Shown piece after piece: positions 10,086 through 19,568 of a stretch of 64,000 nucleotides of DNA. The notes beneath the pieces are model-generated. The model worked only from the letters and a program-made list of their open reading frames with translations, ran no database searches and was not told the origin of the DNA. This DNA comes from an uncultured Selenomonadaceae bacterium (lineage in GTDB: Bacteria > Bacillota > Negativicutes > Selenomonadales > Selenomonadaceae). Numbering within the stretch: the stretch's first letter is position 1; every line of letters begins with the position of its first letter. Made by a program: the position numbers and the translations under genes. The stretch covers positions 30,425-94,424 of the forward strand of contig CAZFPA010000001.1 in the NCBI GenBank assembly GCA_964520975.1. Direction: 5' to 3'.

Positions 10086-10180
10086 TGTAAAAAACTTCTG
10101 TTTTATTCCCGTAAGCCATCTCTCCTTTATATAATTCCTTCCTGCTAATATTATACCTAATTTTTAAAGGTTGCAAACAT

Positions 10181-10215
10181 AAAATAAAGCGATGCCGCAC
10201 GGCATCGCTTTATTT
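10181..10215. terminator. bidirectional intrinsic terminator
   Basis: Perfect stem aaagcgatgcc(10186-10196)/ggcatcgcttt(10201-10211) with flanking A/T runs. Confidence 0.8.
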
Positions 10216-10225
10216 CATGGAAAAT

Positions 10226-10636
10226 TTATTCGTTTTCTTTGGCTTCCTCTTCATCCATGATGGCATCATAGGCTTTCTGAACCGCATCGAATTCTTCATC
10301 CGTCGGGTCCACATATTCTTCCTCGCCCTGTTCGTTCTTGACGATCTTTGCGATCAGAACATCCTCATCGCCATCCTCACAGCCGCAACCGCAGCCATGC
10401 TCATGCTCTTCCTCATCCTCATGGATGCCGATGAGCAGTGCATATTTTTCCTCGCCTACCGGAATGATCATTTCTTCACGATAGTAGTATTCATTGCCGT
10501 CCTCGTCGGTCATGACAACGACCATTTCCTCTTCGTCGTCCATAACTTCCTTTTCCTTGTCTGTCAAAAGAATCACCTCTTCATATAGATTTATATAGCT
10601 ATCTGCATTGTAGCCTATTTTTCCAAGAGTTGTCAA
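10226..10636 (-). CDS. DUF1292 family acidic protein
   Basis: 136 aa and very acidic. The motif pattern is typical of DUF1292, and it lies downstream of ruvX as in other Bacillota. Confidence 0.75.
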   Translation of the reverse strand: MTTLGKIGYNADSYINLYEEVILLTDKEKEVMDDEEEMVVVMTDEDGNEYYYREEMIIPVGEEKYALLIGIHEDEEEHEHGCGCGCEDGDEDVLIAKIVKNEQGEEEYVDPTDEEFDAVQKAYDAIMDEEEAKENE

Positions 10637-11049
10637 CTCTGACTATCCAGCCATCCCTGTAAAATGAACACCGCGGCCATCTTGTCAATGACCTTCTTGC
10701 GCTTGCGCCGGCTTACATCGGCCTCGATGAGCGAACGGGAAGCCGCTACTGTAGAAAGACGTTCATCCCAGAACACGATCTCCGTTTCCGGAATCGCCTG
10801 CTGTACCTTGCCCGCAAACTCGCGCACAATCTCGCAGCGTTCCCCCTGCGTGCCATCCATATTCTTCGGCAGACCGACAATCAGCTTTTTCGTCTCGTAG
10901 GTCTGCATGAGCTCCGCCAACCGGTCCAGATCCTGCTGCAGTGATTTGCGGCGAATGGTTTCCACCCCTTGCGCCGTGAGCCCCAGGGCATCGCTGGCCG
11001 CAATGCCGATGGTACGATCGCCGACATCCAGCGACAGCACTCGCATCAT
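10633..11049 (-). CDS. ruvX: putative pre-16S rRNA nuclease / Holliday junction resolvase-like YqgF
   Basis: 138 aa with motifs [13 protein letters not shown] and GLPKNMDGT. Confidence 0.92.
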   Translation of the reverse strand: MMRVLSLDVGDRTIGIAASDALGLTAQGVETIRRKSLQQDLDRLAELMQTYETKKLIVGLPKNMDGTQGERCEIVREFAGKVQQAIPETEIVFWDERLSTVAASRSLIEADVSRRKRKKVIDKMAAVFILQGWLDSQS

Positions 11050-11297
11050 TTCTGCTTCTCCAAATAGGAGCGAACCAGTTCCTCCAGCAATTCATCGCGC
11101 TCAAGCTTCCGGATCATGCTGCGGGCATCGTTATGGCTCGTCACATACGCAGGATCTCCCGAAAGAAGATAGCCCACGAGCTGGTTGATCGGGTTGTAGC
11201 CCTTTTCTTCCATAGCCGCACAGACCTTGCGGATGATATTCTCCGCTTTATTTTCCTCTGCTCCGAAACGGAACATCATAGTTTCTTCACTGACCAT
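11046..11297 (-). CDS. ireB: IreB family regulatory phosphoprotein (UPF0297)
   Basis: 83 aa with [23 protein letters not shown], conserved in UPF0297. Confidence 0.88.
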   Translation of the reverse strand: MVSEETMMFRFGAEENKAENIIRKVCAAMEEKGYNPINQLVGYLLSGDPAYVTSHNDARSMIRKLERDELLEELVRSYLEKQK

Positions 11298-11385
11298 AGT
11301 AAAACCTCCCTCAAAAGCACTGTGGATATTCTTTATCTATTCCACTTCTTATTCTATCATATCATACTCACCTGCTAAAGCCCAT

Positions 11386-11425
11386 AAAAAAAATTCCTGC
11401 AGCGGCGGAAAACCACAGCTGCAGG
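11386..11425 (-). terminator. intrinsic terminator after asd
   Basis: Stem cctgcagc(11396-11403)/gctgcagg(11418-11425). The A-run at 11386-11393 gives a U-run on the minus strand. Confidence 0.7.
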
Positions 11426-11440
11426 AAGAGAAGCTCCCTA

Positions 11441-12472
11441 TTAAAACATGTTCTTTTCAATCATGTATTCAGCGATCTGCAGCGCATTGAGTGCCGCCCC
11501 CTTGCGGATCTGATCGCCGCATACCCAGAAGTTCAGGCCATGATCTACCGAATAATCCTTGCGGATGCGTCCTACCTCAACATCGTTCTTGCCCGAGGTA
11601 AAGAGCGGCATCGGATATTCCATCTCTGCCGGATTATCCTTGACCTGCGCACCCGGGAAAGCTGCAATGGCTTTCTTGGCCGCTTCGACACTGACCTCGT
11701 CAGCAAATTCCACATTGACGGACTCCGCATGGCTGCGATATACCGGAACGCGAACTGTCGTTGCCGTGATGCGCAGGCTGTCATCAGCCATGATTTTCTT
11801 CGTTTCGTCGATCATCTTCATCTCTTCCTTGGTATAGAGATTTTCCTTGAATACATCGATCTGCGGAATGAGATTGAAGGCAATCTGATAATGCTTGGGA
11901 AGGGCTGCCCCCGGCAGGATATTCGCTGTAACCTCACGGCCGGCAACAATATCCTCTACCTGCTGCTCAAGCTCAGCCATCGCTTCCTTGCCGCCACCGG
12001 ATACAGCCTGATAGGTGGAGACCACGATGCGTTTGATCTTGGCCAGCTCATAGAGCGGCTTCAACGCCATGACCATGATGATCGTCGAGCAGTTCGGATT
12101 GGCGATGATGCCCTTATGCCGGGCGATGGCCTCCGGATTTACCTCAGGAACGACGAGCGGGACCTCCGGATCCATGCGGAATGCACTGGAATTATCGATG
12201 ACAACAGCACCGGCTTTGACAGCCGCCGGAGCGAAAGTCTTGCTGGCCGCGCCGCCAGCGAAAAGTGCAATCTCTACGCCCTGGAAGGAATCCTCTGTAG
12301 CCTCCTCGACCGTATAGTCCTTGCCCATGAAATTTATGATCTTGCCAGCGGAACGCTTTGATGCAAGCATTTTCAACTCAGCAAACGGAAAGTTCCGTTC
12401 CTCGATGAGGTTCAAAAATTCCTGACCAACAGCTCCTGTGGCACCTAAGATTGCTACATTGTATTTTTTCAT
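11441..12472 (-). CDS. asd: aspartate-semialdehyde dehydrogenase
   Basis: Motifs VAILGATGAVGQ and the active-site NPNCSTI. The ORF begins at 12481, but the second ATG at 12472 has better SD spacing. Confidence 0.93.
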   Translation of the reverse strand: MKKYNVAILGATGAVGQEFLNLIEERNFPFAELKMLASKRSAGKIINFMGKDYTVEEATEDSFQGVEIALFAGGAASKTFAPAAVKAGAVVIDNSSAFRMDPEVPLVVPEVNPEAIARHKGIIANPNCSTIIMVMALKPLYELAKIKRIVVSTYQAVSGGGKEAMAELEQQVEDIVAGREVTANILPGAALPKHYQIAFNLIPQIDVFKENLYTKEEMKMIDETKKIMADDSLRITATTVRVPVYRSHAESVNVEFADEVSVEAAKKAIAAFPGAQVKDNPAEMEYPMPLFTSGKNDVEVGRIRKDYSVDHGLNFWVCGDQIRKGAALNALQIAEYMIEKNMF

Positions 12473-12504
12473 GAAATTCATCCCTTCTATTTGCTTATGA
12501 TTGC

Positions 12505-13293
12505 TTAGAGCAGCTTATCCAGACCAACGACCAGTCCCTTGAGCGATTTCACCTTTTTGCAGGCCAGCACAACGCCAGGCATAAAGGACTCACGATTGAT
12601 CGAATCATGCCGGATGGTAAGCGTCTGTCCCAGACCACCGAAGATGACCTCCTGATGCGCGACATAGCCCGGCAGGCGCACACTATGGATATGCATGCCA
12701 TCGACTTCAGCACCACGGGCCCCCGCTACCTTTTCCTTTTCATCCGGATGGCCCTGCTTCATGCTCTTACGGACCTCACGAATCATCTCTGCCGTCTGCA
12801 GCGCCGTCCCGGAAGGAGCATCGAGCTTCTGATCATGATGCAGTTCGATGATCTCCACATTCGGCATATATTTCGCCGCCTGCCGGCTCATGAGCATCAT
12901 GAGCACTGCACCGATGGCAAAATTTGGAGCGATAAACACCGGTGTATTGTTTTTCTCCGCTAAAGCAGCCAGCTCCGCCTTTGCCTCCGCTGAAAGTCCC
13001 GTGGTGCCGATGACCGGAGAAACGCCCAGCTGCAATGCCGTGCAGGCATCGTTGAACACTACGTCCGGACGGGTGAAATCCACCATGACCTCCGGCTTCG
13101 TATCGCGAATTGCCTGTGCAAGATCCGTCGCTACGATTACGCCGCTTTTTCCCATCCCCACGAGCTCGCCTGCATCCGCGCCGCCCTTTAAATCCACAGC
13201 GCCAACGAGTGTAAGCTCTGCATCTTCCATAACTGCCTTGACTACAGCCTGCCCCATACGGCCACAGGCTCCACTTACCAATACTCTTACCAA
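12505..13293 (-). CDS. dapB: 4-hydroxy-tetrahydrodipicolinate reductase
   Basis: Motifs VLVSGACGRMGQ and ELHHDQKLDAPSGTA. The tracked ORF runs to 13440 and crosses the riboswitch terminator. The TTG at 13293 lies 7 nt after GGAGG. Confidence 0.9.
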   Translation of the reverse strand: MVRVLVSGACGRMGQAVVKAVMEDAELTLVGAVDLKGGADAGELVGMGKSGVIVATDLAQAIRDTKPEVMVDFTRPDVVFNDACTALQLGVSPVIGTTGLSAEAKAELAALAEKNNTPVFIAPNFAIGAVLMMLMSRQAAKYMPNVEIIELHHDQKLDAPSGTALQTAEMIREVRKSMKQGHPDEKEKVAGARGAEVDGMHIHSVRLPGYVAHQEVIFGGLGQTLTIRHDSINRESFMPGVVLACKKVKSLKGLVVGLDKLL

Positions 13294-13389
13294 AATATAC
13301 GCCTCCGTTTGTAAATCCACATAGAGCAGACCTTGCTGAGCGCCGGTAAAACCAGCTGCCAGATTCTCTCCGCCATGCCTGTCCGGGTA

Positions 13390-13612
13390 ATAAAAAAGCC
13401 AATGAGAAAGAAGTTCTCTCATTAGCCTGTATGACATCATACCAGCCTAAGGTGAGATAGCACTCCATCAAATGATGACAGTCCGCAGGCTATTCGCCTG
13501 CAGCCCAGCCCTGGTATCCGGCAGCACCAGAACTTCGGCAGATTCGCCTTTCATTTTTCATCCTCACCCGCCAGGCTCCGAAAAACTACTCATCTCATCT
13601 GCGCCTCTATTT
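13390..13612 (-). promoter_or_regulatory. lysine riboswitch (L-box) with terminator expression platform
   Basis: The minus-strand read contains AGAGGCGC...GGAGCC...GGGTGAGGATG...GAAAGGCGAATCTGCCGAAG...GGACTGTCATCATTTGATGGAGTGCTATC, then the hairpin aatgagagaa/ttctctcatt plus a U-run at 13392-13424. Confidence 0.85.
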
Positions 13613-13643
13613 CATCCAAATAGGACCGTATTAGATTATGTAT

Positions 13644-13673
13644 ATTGTATCTTATGTCCACCATAAAAATCAA
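13644..13673 (-). promoter_or_regulatory. candidate sigma70 promoter for the L-box-dapB-asd transcript
   Basis: TTGATT, 18 nt, TACAAT, ending about 30 nt upstream of the riboswitch. Confidence 0.4.
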
Positions 13674-13832
13674 GTTGTTTTTATCAAAAACACAAAAATG
13701 CCGCATTTTTTACTTCAATTTAAGCATTTTTCCCTATTTGCAGCGTCGTTTCGTAACAAGACCGTCCTTATTTGCCAATATGAAGATGACACATAGACAC
13801 CATTGTCTCACGAAACTCCATAAACAAAAACT

Positions 13833-15896
13833 TTACGCTTCTGTAATCCTCGCAAAATGTTCCTTGTACTGCAGCTGCAGAATGCCGGTCACATAGTCGA
13901 GCTCCTTGGCGTTCTCCAGGGTTTCCAGGGCCGCCTGACGGGCCTGGAGGAGGATATCGATATCCCCCAGTACATCCGCGATCTTTAAATCCGGCAGGCC
14001 GTGCTGCATGGAACCGAAGAATTGTCCCGGCCCGCGCAGCTTCAGGTCCTCTTCAGCCAGCTTGAACCCATCCGCCGTGCTCTCCATAATACGGAGCCTT
14101 TCCTTTGCCGCGGGCGTCTTGCCCTGTGAAACCAGAATACAATAGGACTGATACGCCCCACGCCCAATGCGGCCACGCAGCTGATGGAGCTGTGCGAGTC
14201 CGAAGCGCTCCGCATTTTCCACGACGAGGATGCTCGCGTTCGGGACATTGACGCCGACCTCGATGACTGTCGTTGCCACCAGCAGCCGGATCTTGTTCGC
14301 ATAAAAATCCTGCATGACCGCTTCCTTTTCCTTCGCCGGCATGCGCCCATGCACCAGGCCACAGGAAATCCCCTGAAAGATTCCGCCCTGCAGCTCTTCG
14401 TAAATATCCTCCGCCGACGGCAGCGTGCTTTCCTCGGTACTTTCAATGAGCGGACATACCACATAGGCCTGCCGCCCCTGCTCGATCTGCTGGCGGACAA
14501 ATTCGTAAATGAGAGCCCGCCGCGAAGGTGTGCGGACGAAGGTGCGTATAGCCCGACGGCCCGGTGGCAGCTCACGGATAGCCGAGACATCCAGATCCCC
14601 ATAGACCGTCAGGGTCATCGTCCGTGGAATTGGTGTAGCGGTCATGACCAGCACATCCGGCATGAGCGTTCCCTTTTTCTCCAGCTCCGCCCGCTGGGCA
14701 ATACCGAAACGATGCTGCTCGTCTGTAACGACAAGCCCGAGGCGGGCAAAATGCACATCCTCCTGAATGAGTGCATGCGTGCCGATAACGATATCGATCT
14801 CCCTGGCAGCAATCTTTTCATACATTGCCTCCCGCTGCTTTTTCGTGAGGCGCCCTGACAGGAACCCGATGCGGATACCAGTCTCGCCAAGCTGCCGGCA
14901 AAAGCCCTCATAGTGCTGACTGGCCAGTATCTCCGTTGGAGCCATGAGCGCACCCTGATAGCCATTTTCCACCGTCTTTACAAGAGCCAGCATAGCCAGA
15001 ACCGTCTTGCCGGAGCCGACATCCCCCTGTACCAGTCGCCGCATCGGAACAACCTGCTCCATATCCGTACAGATTTCCCGCCATACGCGCTGCTGATCTC
15101 CCGTAAGTGTAAACGGAAGCCCCGCAGCAACCGCATGCACCAAATGGCTGTTCAGCAGATGCCGCACACCACGTTTCTTCTCCCGGCTATGCTTTTTCAG
15201 CAGCATGAGGCCGCACTGAATCAGATAAAGCTCTTCAAACGCCAGCCGTCCCCGGGCAGCCTTCAGCTCGACAAAGTCGGCCGGAAAATGTATCCCGTGA
15301 AAGGCCTGCGCCCGCTCCAAAAGCTGGTACCGCCCACGCAGCGAGGAAGGCAGGACCTCCGGTATATCGATGCCTGAGGAAAAGAGTCCCTGCATGAGTT
15401 TGCGGAAAAATTTCTGATTGAGCTTTTCCGTCGATGGATAAACCGGTAAGATCCCGCAATGTTCCTCGGCCTCTTCCTCCTCCGGCAAAATTTCAAAGGA
15501 ACTCAGCTGACTCATGGCAAACTGTCCATGCCCGCCATAGGCGTATTCGGCCTTTCCGGACACAAAAATCCTGCAGCCCGGTTTCAGCTTCGGCTTGAGA
15601 AATTTTTGATTGAACCATGTCACCTGCAAATACCCCGTCCCATCACTGAGCAGAGCCGTAAGAATCGACAATCCTCGTGCCGAGCGTTTTTCATTCACAT
15701 TCATGAGAATGCCGCAGACCGTCTCCCGTTCACCAGGCACCAGCTCCGCAATCGGCTTCAGCGCGCTCTGATCCTCATAGGCCCGCGGATAATAGGTCAG
15801 CAGGTCATAGATGACCTGTATTCCCAGTCGCTGCAGCTGCTGGGCTTTTTTCGGTCCCACGCCCTTCAAATATTGTATGTTCTGATCCAGCTCCAT
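13833..15896 (-). CDS. recG: ATP-dependent DNA helicase RecG
   Basis: 687 aa with a wedge domain, Walker A GDVGSGKT, DEQHRFG, and helicase C motifs. Confidence 0.95.
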   Translation of the reverse strand: MELDQNIQYLKGVGPKKAQQLQRLGIQVIYDLLTYYPRAYEDQSALKPIAELVPGERETVCGILMNVNEKRSARGLSILTALLSDGTGYLQVTWFNQKFLKPKLKPGCRIFVSGKAEYAYGGHGQFAMSQLSSFEILPEEEEAEEHCGILPVYPSTEKLNQKFFRKLMQGLFSSGIDIPEVLPSSLRGRYQLLERAQAFHGIHFPADFVELKAARGRLAFEELYLIQCGLMLLKKHSREKKRGVRHLLNSHLVHAVAAGLPFTLTGDQQRVWREICTDMEQVVPMRRLVQGDVGSGKTVLAMLALVKTVENGYQGALMAPTEILASQHYEGFCRQLGETGIRIGFLSGRLTKKQREAMYEKIAAREIDIVIGTHALIQEDVHFARLGLVVTDEQHRFGIAQRAELEKKGTLMPDVLVMTATPIPRTMTLTVYGDLDVSAIRELPPGRRAIRTFVRTPSRRALIYEFVRQQIEQGRQAYVVCPLIESTEESTLPSAEDIYEELQGGIFQGISCGLVHGRMPAKEKEAVMQDFYANKIRLLVATTVIEVGVNVPNASILVVENAERFGLAQLHQLRGRIGRGAYQSYCILVSQGKTPAAKERLRIMESTADGFKLAEEDLKLRGPGQFFGSMQHGLPDLKIADVLGDIDILLQARQAALETLENAKELDYVTGILQLQYKEHFARITEA

Positions 15897-15971
15897 AGCT
15901 TCGCCCCATTTGCAAATATATGTTCTATTTTAACAAAGCCCTGCTGAATATTCAAGCCATCACGCTGCCAG

Positions 15972-16009
15972 CAAAAAAAGCGGGCGGAATGTCTGCGCAT
16001 TCCACCCGC
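15972..16009 (-). terminator. intrinsic terminator after the lactate permease gene
   Basis: Stems gcggg/cccgc and ggaatg/cattcc. The A7 run at 15973-15979 gives a U-run on the minus strand. Confidence 0.75.
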
Positions 16010-16025
16010 CCAATCGTACCGCGTA

Positions 16026-17555
16026 CTAACGGACAAAAGCCTGTCCAAGATACACGAACAGCCCCATAAAAACAATAAACGGAAGATAAACCCGAACGGC
16101 GAATTTCAACAGTTGACTGTCCGTTCCCGGTGCTCCGATCGCCGCCACGGCAATCGCAATGCTCTGCGGCGAAATCATCTTACCGGCACAGGCCCCGGTC
16201 GCGTTGGCCGCGACCACCCAGGCCGCATCCGCCTCGATAGCCAGAGCGGAATCCATCTGAAGCTTGCCGAACAATACACAGCTCGAAGTTGCGGAACCGG
16301 TAATAAAAGTCCCCACTGAGCCAATGAATGAGGCCAGCAGCGGATAGCAGCCGCCGGTTGCCCGCACAGCCGTATCCGCAATCTCATGCGTCATTCCACT
16401 AAAATTCATGACCTCCGCCGTAGCGATGACCGTAAGAATTGTCAGTACTGTAAAGCGCAGCCCTACAGCCGTCTGCCGCAGTACACCAAGCATTTCGCCA
16501 AAGCCCGCGCCCTGTACCCGGCCACCGATAAAGGCAGACAACAGGATCAATACGCCTGGCGTAGCAACCCAGGTAAAGGTATAAGGCCGGTTGCCACCAC
16601 CATCATAAATCTGCACGCTGCTCCGGATAAGATTCAGCGGATCATGGATGGCTGGTATCAGCTTGGAAGTAAAGAGCAGCAGGAAAAAAATCAGCAGAAA
16701 CGGCAGACAGGCAATAAAGCCCTGCCGAAAGCTGACTGCCGACGATGCTGTCTGCAGATTTTCCATACGATATTCTGCTGCATCCACAGGAAACAGCCGT
16801 GCGGTAGTGACAATAGCCGCCATAGCTCCAATAGAGCCCGCCACTACGGCCAGATCCGGTCCCATGAGACTCGCAACTAAAATTTCCGGCAGCAAAAAGC
16901 CCAGTCCGGAAGCCAGGGCGACCGGCCATACTCCCTGGAGCGCCCGCAGCGAACGCCCTGTCACTACTACCATAATAAAGGGACAAAGCAGGGTGAGCGG
17001 CGCCAGCTGCAGACAGGTATAACGGGCCAGTATCGCGGCATCAATGCCAGTGACACTGCCGAGTGTAACCAAGGGAATCCCGATCGATCCATAGGCTGTT
17101 GGAACCGAATTGGCGACAAGGCAGACAGAAGCGGCAAGCACCGGTGAAATTCCAAGCCCTGCCAGCATGCCTGCCGGAATCGCGATGGCGGTACCAAAGC
17201 CGGCCATGCCCTCCAAAAAGCCACCAAAGCCCCAGCCAATGAGCAGGATGAGCACCCGGCGATCACTGCTCACCGCTGTAAGCAGCTGCTTGATGGTGTC
17301 CATTCCTTTTGTATGGAGAGAAAGATTATACGTAAAAATAGCCGCCAGAATGACCAGCAGAATCGGCCAGCAGGCCAAAGCAATTCCCTCCAGGACAGCC
17401 AGGGCTGCCTGCTGCGGCGCCATATTCTGAATGAGCACCGCCGCCAGCAAGGAAATGACAAGCGCAATCGGGCAAGCCTTATAGCCGGGCATCTTCAGAA
17501 TACTGAGTGCCAGAACAAGCCAGAGGATCGGTGATAATGCAATGATGAATAACAT
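16026..17555 (-). CDS. lctP: L-lactate permease (LctP family)
   Basis: A polytopic membrane protein with LctP-type sequence throughout. I take the ATG at 17555 (MLFIIALSPILW) as the start rather than the ORF maximum at 17639. Confidence 0.85.
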   Translation of the reverse strand: MLFIIALSPILWLVLALSILKMPGYKACPIALVISLLAAVLIQNMAPQQAALAVLEGIALACWPILLVILAAIFTYNLSLHTKGMDTIKQLLTAVSSDRRVLILLIGWGFGGFLEGMAGFGTAIAIPAGMLAGLGISPVLAASVCLVANSVPTAYGSIGIPLVTLGSVTGIDAAILARYTCLQLAPLTLLCPFIMVVVTGRSLRALQGVWPVALASGLGFLLPEILVASLMGPDLAVVAGSIGAMAAIVTTARLFPVDAAEYRMENLQTASSAVSFRQGFIACLPFLLIFFLLLFTSKLIPAIHDPLNLIRSSVQIYDGGGNRPYTFTWVATPGVLILLSAFIGGRVQGAGFGEMLGVLRQTAVGLRFTVLTILTVIATAEVMNFSGMTHEIADTAVRATGGCYPLLASFIGSVGTFITGSATSSCVLFGKLQMDSALAIEADAAWVVAANATGACAGKMISPQSIAIAVAAIGAPGTDSQLLKFAVRVYLPFIVFMGLFVYLGQAFVR

Positions 17556-17696
17556 GAGTTCAATCCCTTCGCAGTGATATATTGTACATCTGCTCATGCA
17601 GATTGTTCTCATTATATAAGGCACTCCCAGAAAAGTCAATTTATTTTTTTAAATAAAGTTAAATTCAAAAAATTATCCTTTTCCCTATGAAAAGGG

Positions 17697-17729
17697 CAAA
17701 AAATAAGGAGCACCGCCAGGCGGTGCCCC
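17697..17729 (-). terminator. intrinsic terminator after pckA
   Basis: Stem gcaccg(17710-17715)/cggtgc(17721-17726). The A-rich run at 17696-17706 gives a U-run on the minus strand. Confidence 0.65.
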
Positions 17730-17752
17730 CTATCTGTATTACAATTTGAAAC

Positions 17753-19357
17753 TTAAGCCTTCGGGCCAGCAGCAACAAGTGCTTTACCAGCAGCGTTGCC
17801 CTGATACTTAACGAAGTTCTTAACGAAGCGCTGTGCAAGGTCCTTAGCCTTTGCATCCCAAGCAGATGCATCAGCATAGGTGTCACGCGGATCGAGGATC
17901 TTCGGATCTACGCCCGGCAGTTCCGTCGGAACTTCAAAGTTGAAGTACGGAATCGTCTTCGTCGGAGCAGTCTTGATAGCACCGCTGAGGATAGCGTCGA
18001 TGATGCCGCGGGTATCGCGGATGGAGATACGCTTGCCAGTGCCGTTCCAGCCCGTGTTAACGAGATATGCCTTAGCACCGTTTGCTTCCATCTTCTTAAC
18101 GAGCTCATCAGCATACTTCGTCGGATGGAGTTCGAGGAACGCCTGACCGAAGCAAGCGGAGAAAGTCGGAGTCGGCTCCGTGATGCCGCGCTCAGTACCA
18201 GCGAGTTTCGCCGTGAAGCCGGAGAGGAAGTAGTACTTCGTCTGTTCCGGAGTCAGGATGGAAACCGGCGGCAGTACGCCGAATGCATCAGCGGAAAGGA
18301 AGATAACGTTCTTCGCAGCCGGAGCGGAAGAAATCGGACGAACGATGTTCTTGATATGCTGGATCGGATAGGAAACACGAGTGTTCTCCGTTACGCTCTT
18401 ATCAGCGAAATCAATTTTGCCGTTACCATCAACCGTTACGTTCTCAAGCAGAGCGTTGCGTTTGATTGCATTGTAGATATCCGGCTCGGATTCCTTATCA
18501 AGGTTGATGACCTTTGCATAGCAGCCACCCTCGAAGTTGAATACGCCCTTGTCATCCCAGCCATGCTCGTCATCGCCGATGAGCAGACGCTTCGGATCCG
18601 TGGAAAGCGTAGTCTTACCAGTACCGGAAAGACCGAAGAAGATTGCCGTGTTCTTGCCTTCCTTATCCGTGTTAGCGGAGCAGTGCATGGAAGCCATGCC
18701 CTTAAGCGGCAGGAAGTAGTTCATCATGGAGAACATGCCCTTCTTCATCTCACCGCCGTACCAGGTGTTGATGATAACCTGCTCGCGGCTCGTAAGGTTG
18801 AATACTGCAGCCGTCTCAGAGTTCAGGCCGAGTTCCTTGTAGTTCGTAACCTTAGCCTTGGACGCGTTGTAAACAACGAAATCCGGCTCAAAGTTCTCGA
18901 GCTCTTCTGCCGACGGATTGATGAACATGTTCGTTACAAAATGAGCCTGCCAAGCAACCTCAACGATGAAGCGGATGGCCATGCGGGTATCCTTGTTTGC
19001 GCCGCAGAAAGCATCTACAACATAGAGCTTCTTATTGGAAAGCTCTTTCTTTGCGATTTCCTTCAGAGCAGCCCAAGCTTCCGGAGATGCCGGATGGTTA
19101 TCATTTTTGTATTCATCGGAAGTCCACCAAACAGTGTCTTTGGAAGTATCATCCATAACGATGAACTTATCCTTAGGGGAACGGCCCGTGTAAATACCAG
19201 TCATTACGTTTACTGCACCAAGCTCAGTGACCTGACCTTTTTCGTAACCTTCAAGACCTGCTTTTGTCTCCTCTGCGAAGAGCGTCTCATAAGAAGGATT
19301 GTGGACAATCTCAGTAGTACCCGTGATTCCGTACTTACTCAAATCAATGTTTCCCAT
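17753..19357 (-). CDS. pckA: phosphoenolpyruvate carboxykinase (ATP)
   Basis: Motifs GRSPKDKF and the kinase-1a [13 protein letters not shown]. The ATG at 19357 follows AAAGAGG, while the ORF maximum uses the TTG at 19378. Confidence 0.95.
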   Translation of the reverse strand: MGNIDLSKYGITGTTEIVHNPSYETLFAEETKAGLEGYEKGQVTELGAVNVMTGIYTGRSPKDKFIVMDDTSKDTVWWTSDEYKNDNHPASPEAWAALKEIAKKELSNKKLYVVDAFCGANKDTRMAIRFIVEVAWQAHFVTNMFINPSAEELENFEPDFVVYNASKAKVTNYKELGLNSETAAVFNLTSREQVIINTWYGGEMKKGMFSMMNYFLPLKGMASMHCSANTDKEGKNTAIFFGLSGTGKTTLSTDPKRLLIGDDEHGWDDKGVFNFEGGCYAKVINLDKESEPDIYNAIKRNALLENVTVDGNGKIDFADKSVTENTRVSYPIQHIKNIVRPISSAPAAKNVIFLSADAFGVLPPVSILTPEQTKYYFLSGFTAKLAGTERGITEPTPTFSACFGQAFLELHPTKYADELVKKMEANGAKAYLVNTGWNGTGKRISIRDTRGIIDAILSGAIKTAPTKTIPYFNFEVPTELPGVDPKILDPRDTYADASAWDAKAKDLAQRFVKNFVKYQGNAAGKALVAAGPKA

Positions 19358-19503
19358 GTTTTTTTCAACCTCTTTCAATACGATAATTTTGACAGAAACA
19401 TTTCACATATTTATGTCACGATAAATAGGTTCTCTAAAAGATCATAAAATCCTTCTTCTTTTTGAAAAAAAATTAGAGAAAATAAATTTTTTTAAACCAA
19501 CAG

Positions 19504-19547
19504 CAAAAAATAAACAAAGCGAAACGGAAGTCCGTTTCGCTTTGTTT
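19504..19547 (-). terminator. intrinsic terminator after thrC
   Basis: A 17-bp stem aaacaaagcgaaacgga/tccgtttcgctttgttt (19512-19547) with an adjacent A-run. Confidence 0.85.
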
Positions 19548-19568
19548 ACAATCGTGCTGAAAAGGCGT

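Noticed and set aside
12833-13471. 212-aa ORF and the extended dapB N-terminus across 13294-13471
   Set aside because: This region is the lysine riboswitch and its terminator. The dapB Rossmann motif starts right after a TTG with a good SD at 13293.
19395-19425. Possible cre/CcpA-type or other operator (TGACA-N19-TGTCA, ACATAAATATGT) upstream of pckA
   Set aside because: It does not fit the cre consensus as I recall it (WTGNAANCGNWNNCW). The inverted repeats are short and AT-rich, so they could easily arise by chance.
18125-19447. Long antisense ORFs opposite strongly supported genes (18125-19447, 28853-30283, 47471-48955, 19542-20687, 58231-59403, 55940-57124, 2648-3799, 22824-23756 and many others)
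   Set aside because: Each lies antisense to a gene with a clear family identity. They have no SD or start context and a low-complexity or Arg/Leu/Pro-rich composition, typical of GC-rich antisense frames.
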